Source of the DNA: Candidatus Latescibacterota bacterium
GTDB taxonomy: Bacteria > Latescibacterota > CBDEFO01
Assembly: GCA_965237525.1 (NCBI GenBank)
Contig: CBDEFO010000008.1
Location: forward strand, 736,001 to 800,000
Direction: 5' to 3'
DNA length: 64,000 bases
Shown piece after piece: positions 31,675 through 42,854 of this stretch (position 1 is its first letter; the number at the start of each line of letters is the position of its first letter). The translations under genes were made by a program, and so were the position numbers. The notes below the pieces were generated by a model that did no database searches, had not been told where the DNA came from, and worked only from the letters and a program-made list of their open reading frames with translations.

Positions 31675-31997
31675 CGGTTATTGGGACTGGTCAGCAGTGA
31701 GTCCGTCTTTTGTGAATCGAAGTGGAGACCGTTGGCTTGGGCTCCCAAGCTGAACGCTCTGTTTACTCTTGCTCTCAACGTCAAAGGATGAGTCTTTTTG
31801 TGTTGTCATAGTGGCCTATCCATGTTAACCGGAATTCCCCATTTCGGCCGCCCACGCCGATAGCAGGGCGCGAAGGGGGTGGTCCGAGTTTAATGCCGGG
31901 ACATTGTCATCACCCGAAAAGAATTTTTGATTAGGGTAATGCATAACTAAAGTTCCACTAACTCATGTCACTTACAGCCTGTTGATGCCCGATGGAT

Positions 31998-32760
31998 TCA
32001 ATCGGGGAGTAGCTTTCTCATAAGAGGAAGTAGATTTTCGTGGCGGTGGTTGAAACGCCACTCTACCTCTTTAAGGTACAGGTGGAAGAAGCTTTTGTCA
32101 ACGCCTCGATATTGATGGAGCCAGTGTTTGGCATACGACCAGAAGCCTTCCACCCCATTGAGGTGATCTTTTCCTTTAGCTATGCCCTTCTCTTTCGGCA
32201 CTACCACGCGGTTGCCGCTGATAGAAAGCAAAGCGTAGGATATTCAATTATCGGTGTAATACAAGCTCCCTGGTCTGGTGTGTTGGGTAATAAGAGGCAG
32301 TAGTGAGTCACGACTCCTTGAGGGGACAGCAAAGGTCAACACCTTACCCTTTCTCTGATAGATGCCAAAGACCATCTGTTTGCCTTCGGAACCCCAACCT
32401 CTTTTACCAGGTCTCCTACCACCGATGAGAGTTTCATCCATGTCAAGTTCACCTTCAACGGGTTCAAACTCCTTGAAAGTGTGATGGTAGATTGCCTTTC
32501 TGATGATCCTATACCAGCGTTCCATCCCCGATAGAATCAATCGGGGACCTGTCCTTGTGTATGGAACCTGATATCGCACCCCCGATTGAATCTATCGGGG
32601 GGAGTAATTCGACTCTTCTCCCAGAAGGTAGTGGCCAGTTTCCTGGTCAATCCCCAATTGAGTCTATTGGGGATCAATTTACACTTACGACAACGCAACC
32701 GACCAGTCTTAAGTACTCAAAATTTTCTTCCTCTGCAGCGAGGGAAATTTTTCATGTCCC
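31998..32760 (-). mobile_element. IS1595-family transposase pseudogene
   Basis: MDETLIGGRRPGKRGWG, YYTD, HLNGVEGFWSYAKHWL, LYLKEVEWRFNHR in broken frames; decayed zinc ribbon (PRC..RCRKC) at 5' end; three CCCCGAT palindromes inserted at 32525, 32579, 32651. Confidence 0.85.
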
Positions 32761-32824
32761 AAATATCGCTACAGATCAAGAAATTGTCAACGTACCAAGC
32801 GCTACTTTTCTACTGATTAGCTTA

Positions 32825-34345
32825 AAAGCCTTGTGAAAAACCCTTAGATTCAGAAAGTAGTATAGAACAAGCATTGATAAAGCAGTTCCGATGTATTATA
32901 TTATGTTATTGATAATATTATACATGGAGGAAACAATGACCCCACAAAAGCAGGAACAGACAAATCCGATGTTTCACTATTTTCAGATGGAGGATTTAGT
33001 TCCCGAGGATCATATCCTTCGTCAGATTGATGAGGCAGTTGATTTTTCATTTGTACGAGACGTTGTATCAGATTGTTATTGCCCTGACAATGGCAGACCC
33101 GGTATTGATCCTGAATTAGTTGTTCGAATGATCCTTATTGGCTATCTGTATAATTTGAGTGAGAATCGGCTCTGTCAGGAAGTGGGGATGCATGCGGCAT
33201 ATCGGTTGTTTTGTCATCAGACATTTGATGATGCGGTTCCGGATAGGAGCACGATCAACAAGCTTCGCAATCACAAGTGGGCATCCAGTGGGTTGTTTGA
33301 ACGGATAATGCGTCAGGTAGTCCAGTGTTGCATAGATGTCGGTCTTGTGAGCGGTAAACACCTTAGTGTCGACGGCACTCAGATACAAGCTGATGCTTCA
33401 GTGAAAAGTATTGAGCCGATAGAACCCCCTGTTTCTCTTGATGATTATCTCAAGGGAATCGGTTTTGAAGGTGATAAGACAAAGGGTAGGTCCGGGCATC
33501 CTCAGGATAAAGACTTTCATGGTGAAAAGTGGACGAACCAAACACACCGTTCGACTACAGACCCCGACGCGCGCTTATACAGCAAATCGAAGGGCAAAGG
33601 GGCTTTTCTCTCGTTTATGGGCCATGATCTGATCGACACAAAAAGCAGAGTAATCCTTGAGACTCAGGGCACGCAGGCGACAGGGACAGCAGAGCCCGAA
33701 AGTGCCCTTAAGATGGTAGATGACCTTGAAACATAGACCATGCCCAAAGACATTCAGACACTTAGTGCCGATACGGGTTACGGTTCTGGTAATTTTATCG
33801 CTGATGTACTTGACCGGGGAATCATACCCCATATTCCTCTGCGAGCCGATGAGAAGATTGAACCGATTCCTACGTGGAAAAACAAGACAAATTCAGCACA
33901 TATTCAGGCCGAACGGGATAGAAAAGTGCGAGAGGCGAAAGCCAGAAATCATGCACGGTCTATCTCATTAACAGCTGACTACAAACTCTCCCGGAGACTC
34001 CGTAAACGCAGTGAACATATCTTTGCTGAAGCCAGGCAACAACACGGTATGGGACGAGCCCGTTACAGAGGACCAGCCTCACTGAATGAACAGTTGAATC
34101 TTGTTGCAACAGTACAGAATCTCAAGAGGCTTGTATCTTTCATAAGAAGGGGGAAAGCGCCTATGTGTGCCCTGTCTGTCAAAGACAGTGCATCCTGTTC
34201 TTCAAACAGCTCCTATTCCTTGCTGACCAGAACTCTGATAAGACTATTTTGCTTATTCCACAGCAAAACGATACGATATGCTACTCTTTGACCCATAATC
34301 GGCGCTTCAGACGCTGCCTGGGACATAACTATTTCACAAGGCTTT
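32825..34345 (+). mobile_element. IS1182-family element (copy 2), transposase 32937-34291 with internal TAG at 33734
   Basis: Terminal IRs AAGCCTTGTGAAA / TTTCACAAGGCTT, TA on both sides; DLVPEDHILR, GRPGIDP, VDGTQI, ADTGYG, RSEHIFAE motifs; copy 3 has TAC at the stop position. Confidence 0.9.
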
Positions 34346-34401
34346 TAAATATTAACGTCAAGAAGAAACCCCTCATAACTTGTTGATTATAAGGTAATTA
34401 T

Positions 34402-34477
<76 letters not shown>

Positions 34478-34672
34478 AATCGTTCCGAGTAACTCTGATA
34501 AACTACAACCAAAATGCTGTAGCTCACAAGAAATGTCAAGGATTCGTTACAGTCGGACTCCACCCATTATCTTCTTTTTCAAGAAGCTCTCCGACCACTT
34601 TGCCACTTCGTGCCCTTTGCAAAAAGGGTTGGCATCGACGCACGCAGTGCCCAGACCACTTTCTTGGGGTTA

Positions 34673-36145
34673 TTAGTATCCCAAAAGCTCTAAAGATTTA
34701 TCGGCCAGCTTGACAAGAGGGACAAAGTAAACTCCCAACAGAACCGTAGGTATAACCAACAGAGTTAGAAGGACTGTATGCAAAGTAGATATTACCACTT
34801 TTTCGTCTGTTAGGGCATCCTCCAAGAACATAACCTTTACTATCCTTGCGTAGTAGTACAGAGAGACGACACTGTTGAGGACGCCTACGATGGCGAGCCA
34901 GTAGTATTTTCCCTTTATTACTGCGGCGAAGAGGTAAAATTTCCCCACAAATCCGCCTGTAGGTGGAAGCCCAGTAAGCGAGAAGAGGAAGATTGTCATG
35001 GCGACGGCGACAAAGGGAGATCTCCATCCAAGACCGCTGTAGCCCTTTATGTCTTCTGTATTGAGTCTTTGGGAAACAGCTATGACGACCAGAAAGGCTC
35101 CAAGATTCATAAACAGGTAGACTCCGATGTAGAACATAACGGCTTTTAGCCCATCAGGGGAGAGCATTACAACCCCCATAAGGATATATCCTGCGTGCGC
35201 TATACTTGAGTAGGCAAGAAGCCTCTTTAAGTTGTCCTGCCAGATAGCCACAAGATTGCCGAGCGTCATTGTGGCAGCGGATATTATGGCAAGGAGATAG
35301 GGCCAGTCTATCTGCGGCATCCATTCTGATGTGGATACACCGGAGTAGAAGAATCTGGAGAGCATCGCAAATCCTGCAGCCTTGGGAACGATTGAAAAAT
35401 AGGCTGTTACAGGTGTGGGAGCTCCTTCATAGACGTCGGGAGTCCAAAAGTGGAAGGGCACTGAGGCTATCTTGTATCCGAGTCCGGCCATTATGAGGAT
35501 GATGGATACCACAAGCGTCAAATCGTAATGTTGTGACTGACTTATGCTCTGGCTTATCTGATAAATATTAATTGAACCCGTAGCCCCGTAGAGCAGAGAC
35601 ATACCGTAAATCATTGCTCCCGAGGATACGCCTCCGTAGATTGAGTATTTAAGCCCGGCCTCTGAGGAGCGTCGGTCGTTTTTGAGGAAGCAAGCAAGCA
35701 CATATGAGGGAATGCTGACAAGTTCAAGCGCAAGGTACATCATCAAGAGATTGGTCGCGGAGGCCATCATAAAACCACCGAGGACAATCCCCAGCAAAAG
35801 AGCATAATACTCACCGGAGCGTTCTTCTGGCACCTCAGGAGACGTAATGGAAAAGAGCGTTATTATTATGGTGGCAAGGCAAAAGACAGCCTTAAAAAAG
35901 AGGGAAAATGGATCGAGTGCCATCATTCCGGCAAAGAGAGGACGACTCTCCTCAGAGTAGAGCAGACCGATCAAAATAAGGGCTATGGTAAGCCCTATCG
36001 TGGAGACAATTGCCACGGGGGCCTGCCTACCCCTTTTAAGGAGCAGGTCCGTTATTATCACAGCAAGAAGCGTGAGTACGACGACGATCTCAGGATAGAT
36101 ATATTTGAGACTGTCTATGTTACTTCTGATAATTTCTTCTAACAC
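34673..36145 (-). CDS. nuoN: NADH-quinone oxidoreductase subunit N
   Basis: SSEAGLKY, YKIASVPFHFWTPDVYEGAPTP, KRLLAYSSIAHAGY, GLPPTGGFVGK; start uncertain (ORF open to 36208). Confidence 0.93.
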   Translation of the reverse strand: MLEEIIRSNIDSLKYIYPEIVVVLTLLAVIITDLLLKRGRQAPVAIVSTIGLTIALILIGLLYSEESRPLFAGMMALDPFSLFFKAVFCLATIIITLFSITSPEVPEERSGEYYALLLGIVLGGFMMASATNLLMMYLALELVSIPSYVLACFLKNDRRSSEAGLKYSIYGGVSSGAMIYGMSLLYGATGSINIYQISQSISQSQHYDLTLVVSIILIMAGLGYKIASVPFHFWTPDVYEGAPTPVTAYFSIVPKAAGFAMLSRFFYSGVSTSEWMPQIDWPYLLAIISAATMTLGNLVAIWQDNLKRLLAYSSIAHAGYILMGVVMLSPDGLKAVMFYIGVYLFMNLGAFLVVIAVSQRLNTEDIKGYSGLGWRSPFVAVAMTIFLFSLTGLPPTGGFVGKFYLFAAVIKGKYYWLAIVGVLNSVVSLYYYARIVKVMFLEDALTDEKVVISTLHTVLLTLLVIPTVLLGVYFVPLVKLADKSLELLGY

Positions 36146-36285
36146 GAAGCTCTCACTTTCGAAGTAGACAGTAGCTAACGCGCATCCTTTGCCCTTTGTT
36201 TTTCCCAAATGGGTGAACGCACAGGTTGGTCTCTATATACGTTCACTGTTTTATAGGCAACGGAGACGGTGGCAAGTCTACCTTT

Positions 36286-37755
36286 TCAGGGTGCGACCAT
36301 ACTTATAATATTGTTCAAAGACGTGCTCATAAGGTTCAGAATCGGCATCGGATAGACGCCGAGGAATATGACTATAGCCCCTAAGGGAGCCAAGCTGAAG
36401 ATCTCCCTTTTGCTTATTTCGGGGAGGTCTTCATATTTAGGATTCAAAGGTCCCAGAAACATTCTCTGAAGCGTCCAGAGGAAATATCCTGCCGTCAGGA
36501 CTACTCCGAGAGTAGGTATTATCACTATCCATCTGTGGTCGGTCCAAAACGTCTGAAACGCCCCCAAGAAGCACATAATCTCGCTTATGAAGCTGGAAAG
36601 TCCCGGAAGACCCAGCGATGCGAAGAAGGTCAAAGCTGTGATGCCCGTGTAGATGGGCATCCTGGAGCCGAGACCCCCGAAGCCGTCTATATCTCTGTGA
36701 TGAGCCCTGTCGTAGATGACGCCGACGAGCAAGAAGAGCATGGCCGTAGTAGTGCCGTGATTGAACATCTGAAGGACGGCTCCGTTTATCCCGGCCGAGG
36801 TCAAGGAAGCGGCACCCAGGAGTACAAATCCCATATGGCTTATGCTCGAATATGCCACCAACTTCTTGAGATCCGTTTGTGCCATCGCACACAGCGCCCC
36901 ATAGATTATGTTTATGACTCCGAGTATAGCTAGTGGAATTGCGAAGTACTTAGTAGCGTCTGGGAGCATCTGAAAGTTAAAGCGCAGGATGCCGTAAGTC
37001 CCCATCTTCAAAAGGACGCCAGCTAAAATGACGCTTACGGCCGTCGGGGCCTCCACGTGCGCATCGGGGAGCCACGTATGGAAAGGAAATATCGGAACCT
37101 TGATGGCAAAACCGATAAACATAGCGACATAGACCGCAATCTGGAACGTGAAGCCGTATCTGTGGGTCATGAGTGCCGTCATATCGAACGTGTGAGGCTC
37201 CGTCGTGAAGTAGAACGCCAGCATCGCCAACAAGAGAACGACGCTCCCTAAAAGGGTGAAGAGGAAAAACTTGATGGCCGCATATTCGCGCCGCGGGCCG
37301 CCCCATATCCCTATGAGAAAGTACATCGGCAGGAGCATTACCTCCCAGAATACGTAGAACAAAAAGAAGTCCAGAGAACAGAATACGCCCTGCATCCCGG
37401 TCTCCAAGAGCAGAAAGAGCGCGAAGTAGCCCTTTATACCTCTGTCTATAGTCCACGATGCGGGGATGCATAGGAAGGATAAAAGGGCGGTCAGAAGGAC
37501 CATCGTGACTGAGAGTCCATCTATCCCTAGAAAATATTCTATATTGAAGGATTCGATCCAGCTATGACGCTCGACAAACTGCATTTCAGTTGTGCTTCGG
37601 TCAAACGAATTGTATAGATTGAAAGCAAGGAGGACGCATGCCGCTGTGGCTATGAGGGCTACGATCTTAATGGCCCTTTCGTTTTGCTTAGGGATCAGCA
37701 GGATTATCAAAGCTCCCAGAAGCGGGATGAATACTATAGGTGTAAGTATCGGCAT
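36286..37755 (-). CDS. nuoM: NADH-quinone oxidoreductase subunit M
   Basis: FYVFWEVMLLPMY, IKVPIFPFHTWLPDAHVEAPT, LLKMGTYG, LVAYSSISHMG. Confidence 0.95.
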   Translation of the reverse strand: MPILTPIVFIPLLGALIILLIPKQNERAIKIVALIATAACVLLAFNLYNSFDRSTTEMQFVERHSWIESFNIEYFLGIDGLSVTMVLLTALLSFLCIPASWTIDRGIKGYFALFLLLETGMQGVFCSLDFFLFYVFWEVMLLPMYFLIGIWGGPRREYAAIKFFLFTLLGSVVLLLAMLAFYFTTEPHTFDMTALMTHRYGFTFQIAVYVAMFIGFAIKVPIFPFHTWLPDAHVEAPTAVSVILAGVLLKMGTYGILRFNFQMLPDATKYFAIPLAILGVINIIYGALCAMAQTDLKKLVAYSSISHMGFVLLGAASLTSAGINGAVLQMFNHGTTTAMLFLLVGVIYDRAHHRDIDGFGGLGSRMPIYTGITALTFFASLGLPGLSSFISEIMCFLGAFQTFWTDHRWIVIIPTLGVVLTAGYFLWTLQRMFLGPLNPKYEDLPEISKREIFSLAPLGAIVIFLGVYPMPILNLMSTSLNNIISMVAP

Positions 37756-37795
37756 CAGCTAATTTTCCTCCTGAGTTTGGGTATATAGTTTGCAG

Positions 37796-39817
37796 TTACT
37801 TTTCTATAGCAACCCTTATCAAAAATATAATAATCGCTCCCACAAGAGCGAACATAATATACGTCTGTACCCTTCCTGTCTGTATCTTTCTGAAGATAGA
37901 TCCTGCCCCTATTACAGCTCCTGCAGTCTGGTTGACGAGTCCGTCTATAACTATATTGTCGAAGCGTCCCTCAAGGAATGAAATGAACGTGGTGATGCGG
38001 GCGGCTCCGTTGACGACGCCGTCGATGACCTTCTGGTCGAACCATCCTAAAAACGATCTGATGGCAAGTGTGGGTCGGATGACTATAAAGTGATAAAGTT
38101 CGTCGAAGTACCATTTGTTATATATGAGTCTATAGGTGAAGCTGAATCTGTCAGCCCAAGCGTCCGCCGAGATTCTTCCCTTGTAGTAGGTCAGATACGA
38201 AAGATATATGCCCCCTGCTGCTATAAGGAGGGAGAGCATCAGGGCGGGAATGTGCGCAGGGTCGTGGGCTTCCGATGAGGCGAGGACATAGCCTGTGTCC
38301 ACTGTTCCCACAGCTTGGTGGACGCTCGATGCGGGCTTATGGATTATATCATAGAACCAGCCAGATGTGGAGAAGGGGTTGAAGTTAAATGTGTAGAAAA
38401 AGAAAAAGGTCAAAACCGAAAGGACTACCAAAGGTATCGTCATCGACTTTGGAGATTCGTGTGCATGCTCATATTTTTCTCTGTCTCTGGGTTGACCGTA
38501 GAAGGTCATAAATATCAGTCTGAACATATAGAATGCCGTCATTCCGGCGGTGATAAATCCTAATAGCGGCAACAGCATGTGCCGGGGTTGCTCGAAGAAG
38601 CCGAATCCCAAACTTCCCGCAAGGATGGCGTCTTTGCTTAAAAACCCCGATGTCAAAGGGACGCCGGAAATTGCTAACGTGGCGATGAGCATCGTCCAAA
38701 AAGTTATGGGCATCTTATCTTTTAGCCCGCCCATTTCTCTCATATCCTGCGTGCCGAGGGCGTGGATGACAGAGCCTGAACAGAGGAAGAGGCATGCCTT
38801 AAATGCCGCGTGTGTCACCAGGTGAAAGAAGCCTGCTACATATGCTCCGACGCCGAGTCCGAGCATCATATATCCGAGTTGACTTATGGTAGAATAGGCA
38901 AGGACGCGCTTTATGTCGTTTTGGGCTATTGCTATGGTCGCGCCGAGGAAGGCTGTTATGACTCCTGTATATGCGATGAACGTGAGTGCATCGGGTGAGA
39001 GGAAAGGAAAGACCCTGACCACAAGATAGACGCCTGCTGCGACCATCGTTGCGGCGTGTATAAGCGCACTAACGGGAGTGGGGCCTTCCATTGCATCGGG
39101 CAACCACACATGGAGAGGAAACTGCGCGGATTTTCCGACTGCTCCGAAGAAGATGCAAATACCAGCAACGGTCAAAAGCGTTCCGCTGAGTTCTCCCTGC
39201 GCCACGCTGTCGAATACGCCCTGATAGCCGAATTTACCGATCTGACTGAAGATTATCATTATCCCTATGAACATCCCCACGTCGCCTATCCTTGTAACGA
39301 TAAAGGCTTTCTTGCCGGCGGCGGCGGCGGCAGGGCGTTCGAACCAGAAGCCGATCAAGAGATATGAGGTAAGCCCCACAAGCTCCCAGAAGCAGTATAA
39401 GAAAAGAAAATTATCAGAGAGCACAAGCCCTAACATCGAAAAAGAGAATAGAGCCAAATATGCGAAAAAGCGCGGGTACAGCGGATCATCGTGCATGTAG
39501 CCTATAGAGTAGAGGTGCACAAGCGCGCTGACTAAGGTGACGACCATTAACATCAGGGCTGTGACGTTGTCCAAGAGGATGCCCCCTTCAACTCTGAAGT
39601 CGCCGATATCGATCCACATAAAGGAAAAGGTCTCTTTATAGTCGGGATCGTACGCCGCTAACACTTTGGCCAAGATTACTACGGAGAGTCCCAGAGAAAG
39701 AAACATAGCCCCAGTGGGGAGCCAGTCTCCCCCTCTTGGGAGTCTTTTGCCCACAAATATCTGTATGGCAAAGGCCAAGAGAGGTAAAAGGAGTATGATA
39801 TAGGCTAATGTGATCAT
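37796..39817 (-). CDS. nuoL: NADH-quinone oxidoreductase subunit L
   Basis: GKSAQFPLHVWLPDAMEGPTPVSALIHAATMV, KRVLAYSTISQLGYM, IQTGRVQTY. Confidence 0.95.
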   Translation of the reverse strand: MITLAYIILLLPLLAFAIQIFVGKRLPRGGDWLPTGAMFLSLGLSVVILAKVLAAYDPDYKETFSFMWIDIGDFRVEGGILLDNVTALMLMVVTLVSALVHLYSIGYMHDDPLYPRFFAYLALFSFSMLGLVLSDNFLFLYCFWELVGLTSYLLIGFWFERPAAAAAGKKAFIVTRIGDVGMFIGIMIIFSQIGKFGYQGVFDSVAQGELSGTLLTVAGICIFFGAVGKSAQFPLHVWLPDAMEGPTPVSALIHAATMVAAGVYLVVRVFPFLSPDALTFIAYTGVITAFLGATIAIAQNDIKRVLAYSTISQLGYMMLGLGVGAYVAGFFHLVTHAAFKACLFLCSGSVIHALGTQDMREMGGLKDKMPITFWTMLIATLAISGVPLTSGFLSKDAILAGSLGFGFFEQPRHMLLPLLGFITAGMTAFYMFRLIFMTFYGQPRDREKYEHAHESPKSMTIPLVVLSVLTFFFFYTFNFNPFSTSGWFYDIIHKPASSVHQAVGTVDTGYVLASSEAHDPAHIPALMLSLLIAAGGIYLSYLTYYKGRISADAWADRFSFTYRLIYNKWYFDELYHFIVIRPTLAIRSFLGWFDQKVIDGVVNGAARITTFISFLEGRFDNIVIDGLVNQTAGAVIGAGSIFRKIQTGRVQTYIMFALVGAIIIFLIRVAIEK

Positions 39818-39912
39818 TGTGTATTTCCTACTATCTTCTCCATCAGTTCTCGAATCTTGCTAATGAATCAGACCAAGCGTGTGGCAGACTACGGATCTCC
39901 TTTTTACGGACC

Positions 39913-40216
39913 TCAATACACTTCTTCATGAGTCCCAACTGCCTCTAACAGAATTGCTTCAGATCCTTCATGTTGTACGAACTCAAATACCTTCTCAAAT
40001 CGTAACTTACACTACACGCCCAAGAGCCTTCAAGGTTGCCCTTGAGCTTATGAGTCTTCAATCGGGGATAAAAGATCCAAGCAATCGGGGATGAAAAGCA
40101 TCCTCGGATAAAAACTCCAAGGCAGCTTGAATATCCTTGGCAACATGAGGATTTTCTTTGACCACCCGCTTTGCCGCCCGAACAAAAGAACTGCACTGCA
40201 GCAGTAGCCGCTTCAC
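39913..40216 (-). pseudogene. RelE/YafQ-family toxin, frameshifted
   Basis: Manual translation VKRLLLQCSSFVRAAKR...DAFHPRL / KTHKLKGNLEGSWACSVSYDLR / ...VGTHEEVY; broken by a 23-nt duplication at 40059-40092 and a further indel. Confidence 0.75.
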
Positions 40217-40428
40217 GACAATATTTCCTTCATTATCTCACTTGGCGTTGCCGGTTGGCAACGTCCTTCTTGGAATTCCTTTCTAGCATGCCGAATGTCT
40301 TCAGCCAGTTCTGTTCTTCGGCGTTCTATCATACGTCGGTGCAAAATATCAATCAACGTCTCTTGTTCTTCCAGAGACAACTTATCAAGAGCCTCTAGTA
40401 CTTCTCCAAAAGATGTCACATTCTGCAT
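40213..40428 (-). CDS. Putative antitoxin (71 aa)
   Basis: MQNVTSFGEVLEALDKLSLEEQETLIDIL...PSEIMKEILS with AAGGAG RBS; GTGA overlap with the downstream toxin. Confidence 0.7.
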   Translation of the reverse strand: MQNVTSFGEVLEALDKLSLEEQETLIDILHRRMIERRRTELAEDIRHARKEFQEGRCQPATPSEIMKEILS

Positions 40429-40484
40429 GTCTGTTACTCCTTTGATAAGCAAGGCAAACCTTACGGAGTCAACGACCGACCAAG

Positions 40485-40790
40485 TTATCGTTTTAGGGCG
40501 TCCGCCTCGTCTACATCTATAATGTGGAAGCTCCTGTATATGTTCAGCACAATCGCTAATGCTACTGCGGCTTCGGCGGCGGCCAATGTGATCACGAAGA
40601 TCGCCACCACCTGCCCTTCGAGTCCCTGCGCGGTATAGCGAGCAAAAGCTACAAAATTTATATTGGCAGAGTTTAAGATAAGCTCTATCCCCATAAGGAT
40701 GCTTACGGCATTCCTTCTGGTTATTACGCCGAAGGCTCCAAGGCAAAAGAGAATTGCGCTCACTACAAGGTAGTGTTCCAAAGTTATCAT
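40485..40790 (-). CDS. nuoK: NADH-quinone oxidoreductase subunit K
   Basis: RRNAVSILMGIELILNSANIN, AAAEAAVALA. Confidence 0.95.
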   Translation of the reverse strand: MITLEHYLVVSAILFCLGAFGVITRRNAVSILMGIELILNSANINFVAFARYTAQGLEGQVVAIFVITLAAAEAAVALAIVLNIYRSFHIIDVDEADALKR

Positions 40791-41302
40791 CTTTTCCCTC
40801 CCTCGCCTTTTTCTCTTCGCGCTATAAGTGCAGCCCCCATAAGTGCGATCAACAAAAGAACCGAGGCTACTTCAAACGGGAGTAGGAAGTCCGTCATAAG
40901 CAAGTTTCCGATCTGTGACGTCGTAGAGGTTATCCCCTTTTCGACGGTAGGCACCCAGGAATCTTTGTTGAAGATAACTGTCAGTAGCATGGCAAAGACG
41001 AAGATTACCACTAACATTCCAGGTAGAAAATTGATCCTCTGCTGTCTGATCTGGACGTCGTACACCCTGTGGGTCATCATAACTCCGAATAAAAGGAGGA
41101 CCAGTATGCCTCCTACGTAGATTATGACCTGTGTGGCGGCGAGGAAGTCAGCGGAAAGTAAGATGTAGAGTCCTGCAACTCCGAAGAAGGTAAAGAGGAG
41201 GGCGAAAGCTGAATAGACTATCCTTTTTGAAAAGACTACGACGGCCCCCGAACCGACGGTTATGAAAGCGAAGATGCAGAATATTATATCTGAGGCGGTC
41301 AT
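40787..41302 (-). CDS. nuoJ: NADH-quinone oxidoreductase subunit J
   Basis: ADFLAATQVIIYVGGILVLLLFGVM, PFEVASVLLLIAL. Confidence 0.93.
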   Translation of the reverse strand: MTASDIIFCIFAFITVGSGAVVVFSKRIVYSAFALLFTFFGVAGLYILLSADFLAATQVIIYVGGILVLLLFGVMMTHRVYDVQIRQQRINFLPGMLVVIFVFAMLLTVIFNKDSWVPTVEKGITSTTSQIGNLLMTDFLLPFEVASVLLLIALMGAALIARREKGEGGKR

Positions 41303-41303
41303 C

Positions 41304-42407
41304 TCATCCTTGTACTTTATCAAACAAGTCGAAGATGTACATCCATAATCCTACTCCAATTATATTGGCAAACGAAAATGGCGTAAGGACTTTCCATCCA
41401 ATGTACATAAGTTGATCTACTCTGAGTCTGGGGAGTGTCCACCTAATCCACATCTGCACAAAGACAAGGAAGGTGGCTTTGCCCACAAACCAGATGGCGC
41501 CGTCTGCGATTGGGGTGCCTCCCCAGGGCGCTTGCCATCCTCCCAAAAAGATCGTGGTCGCTATGGCGCTGACGGCGAACATGTTTGCGTATTCGGCTAT
41601 AAAAAAGAAGGAAAATCTCATTCCGCTGTATTCCGTGTGGTATCCTGCTACCAATTCCGACTCGGCTTCAGGGATGTCAAAAGGGGTCCGGTTGACCTCA
41701 GAAAGCGAGGCCACAAAGTATATGAAGAAGGCCAAAAAAGTGAACGGGTTCCTGAAGATGAACCAGTTCAAAAATCCGCCACTCTGGTCTTTGACTATGT
41801 CCTGCATACTCAAGCTTCCGACTATCATTATGACGGATAAAAGGGCAAGCGCAACGGGTATTTCGTAACTTACTACCTGGGCGGCAGAGCGCATAGCCCC
41901 CAAAAGCGACCACTTGTTGTTAGACGACCAACCTGCCATTACAACCCCAATAACCACCAGGGAGGATATCGCAAGGATATAAAAGATCCCTATGTTCAGA
42001 TCCCGAACTATCAATCTATCCCCGAAGGGAACGGCCACAAAGACCGCGAACGAGCCGACAAATACGACAAGAGGAGCTAAGGTGAAGAGCTTTCTGTCCG
42101 CCATAGCCGGGATGATGTCCTCTTTCAAAAAGAGTTTAATCCCGTCAGCGATAGTCTGCGCCCAACCGTGCCATCCCCCGACCCTCATGGGTCCGAGTCT
42201 GTCCTGCATATGGGCTGAGACCTTGCGCTCCAGCCAGATAGCAAATAGGGCAAAGACCGAGATAAATCCCAAAACGGCGGCGCATCCGACCAGAGTAAGC
42301 CCTAGATACACCCAATCCTGCAGAGTAAGCCCCAGATACACCCAATCCCGGGAAAGTTGGGATAAAGGGGATACTAAGTCGATGACCGTGTCTACAAAGG
42401 ATTCCAT
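41304..42407 (-). CDS. nuoH: NADH-quinone oxidoreductase subunit H
   Basis: [57 protein letters not shown]. Confidence 0.95.
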   Translation of the reverse strand: MESFVDTVIDLVSPLSQLSRDWVYLGLTLQDWVYLGLTLVGCAAVLGFISVFALFAIWLERKVSAHMQDRLGPMRVGGWHGWAQTIADGIKLFLKEDIIPAMADRKLFTLAPLVVFVGSFAVFVAVPFGDRLIVRDLNIGIFYILAISSLVVIGVVMAGWSSNNKWSLLGAMRSAAQVVSYEIPVALALLSVIMIVGSLSMQDIVKDQSGGFLNWFIFRNPFTFLAFFIYFVASLSEVNRTPFDIPEAESELVAGYHTEYSGMRFSFFFIAEYANMFAVSAIATTIFLGGWQAPWGGTPIADGAIWFVGKATFLVFVQMWIRWTLPRLRVDQLMYIGWKVLTPFSFANIIGVGLWMYIFDLFDKVQG

Positions 42408-42470
42408 ATTTGTCTACATTAGTAAACGGTAAAGGGATAGGAAGTGTCGCCTCTTTCTACTGCCCACTGT

Positions 42471-42854
42471 CTACTTGTTTCCATAAGGCGACTGAGGCTT
42501 GACCCATTCAAGGTCACCTTTCTTCCAGACATAGGCAAGCCCTACAAGGAGTATAGATACAAAGATCATCATCTCAACCAGGGCGAAAAAGCCCAGACTC
42601 TTGTAGACCACAGCCCAGGGGAAGAGAAAGACGATCTCTACGTCGAATATTATGAAGATCAAAGCTATAATGTAAAACCTTATGTTGAACTGTATCCAGG
42701 CTCCGCCCTCAGGTTCCTCGCCGCACTCGTAGGGCGTCAGCTTTTCAGGTGTCGGATCATTGGCGCGGAAGATTCTGGCTAAAGTCAGACTTACCAAAAT
42801 AAAGAGTGTCCCGACCGTAAGGAAGATAAGTACACCTGCATAATCTGTGAGCAT
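42471..42854 (-). CDS. nuoA: NADH-quinone oxidoreductase subunit A
   Basis: KLTPYECG, FYIIALIFIIFDVEIVFLFPWA, WKKGDLEW. Confidence 0.95.
   Translation of the reverse strand: MLTDYAGVLIFLTVGTLFILVSLTLARIFRANDPTPEKLTPYECGEEPEGGAWIQFNIRFYIIALIFIIFDVEIVFLFPWAVVYKSLGFFALVEMMIFVSILLVGLAYVWKKGDLEWVKPQSPYGNK

Noticed and set aside
31675..31809. N-terminal extension of the desaturase from ATG 31809
   Set aside because: In frame but separated by a TAA at 31678-31680; cannot tell a leader peptide from a nonsense change, so not annotated.
33734..33736. Stop-codon readthrough or recoding (TAG) in the IS1182 transposase
   Set aside because: Sister copy has TAC at this site; a point mutation or error. 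TAG is used as a normal stop elsewhere.
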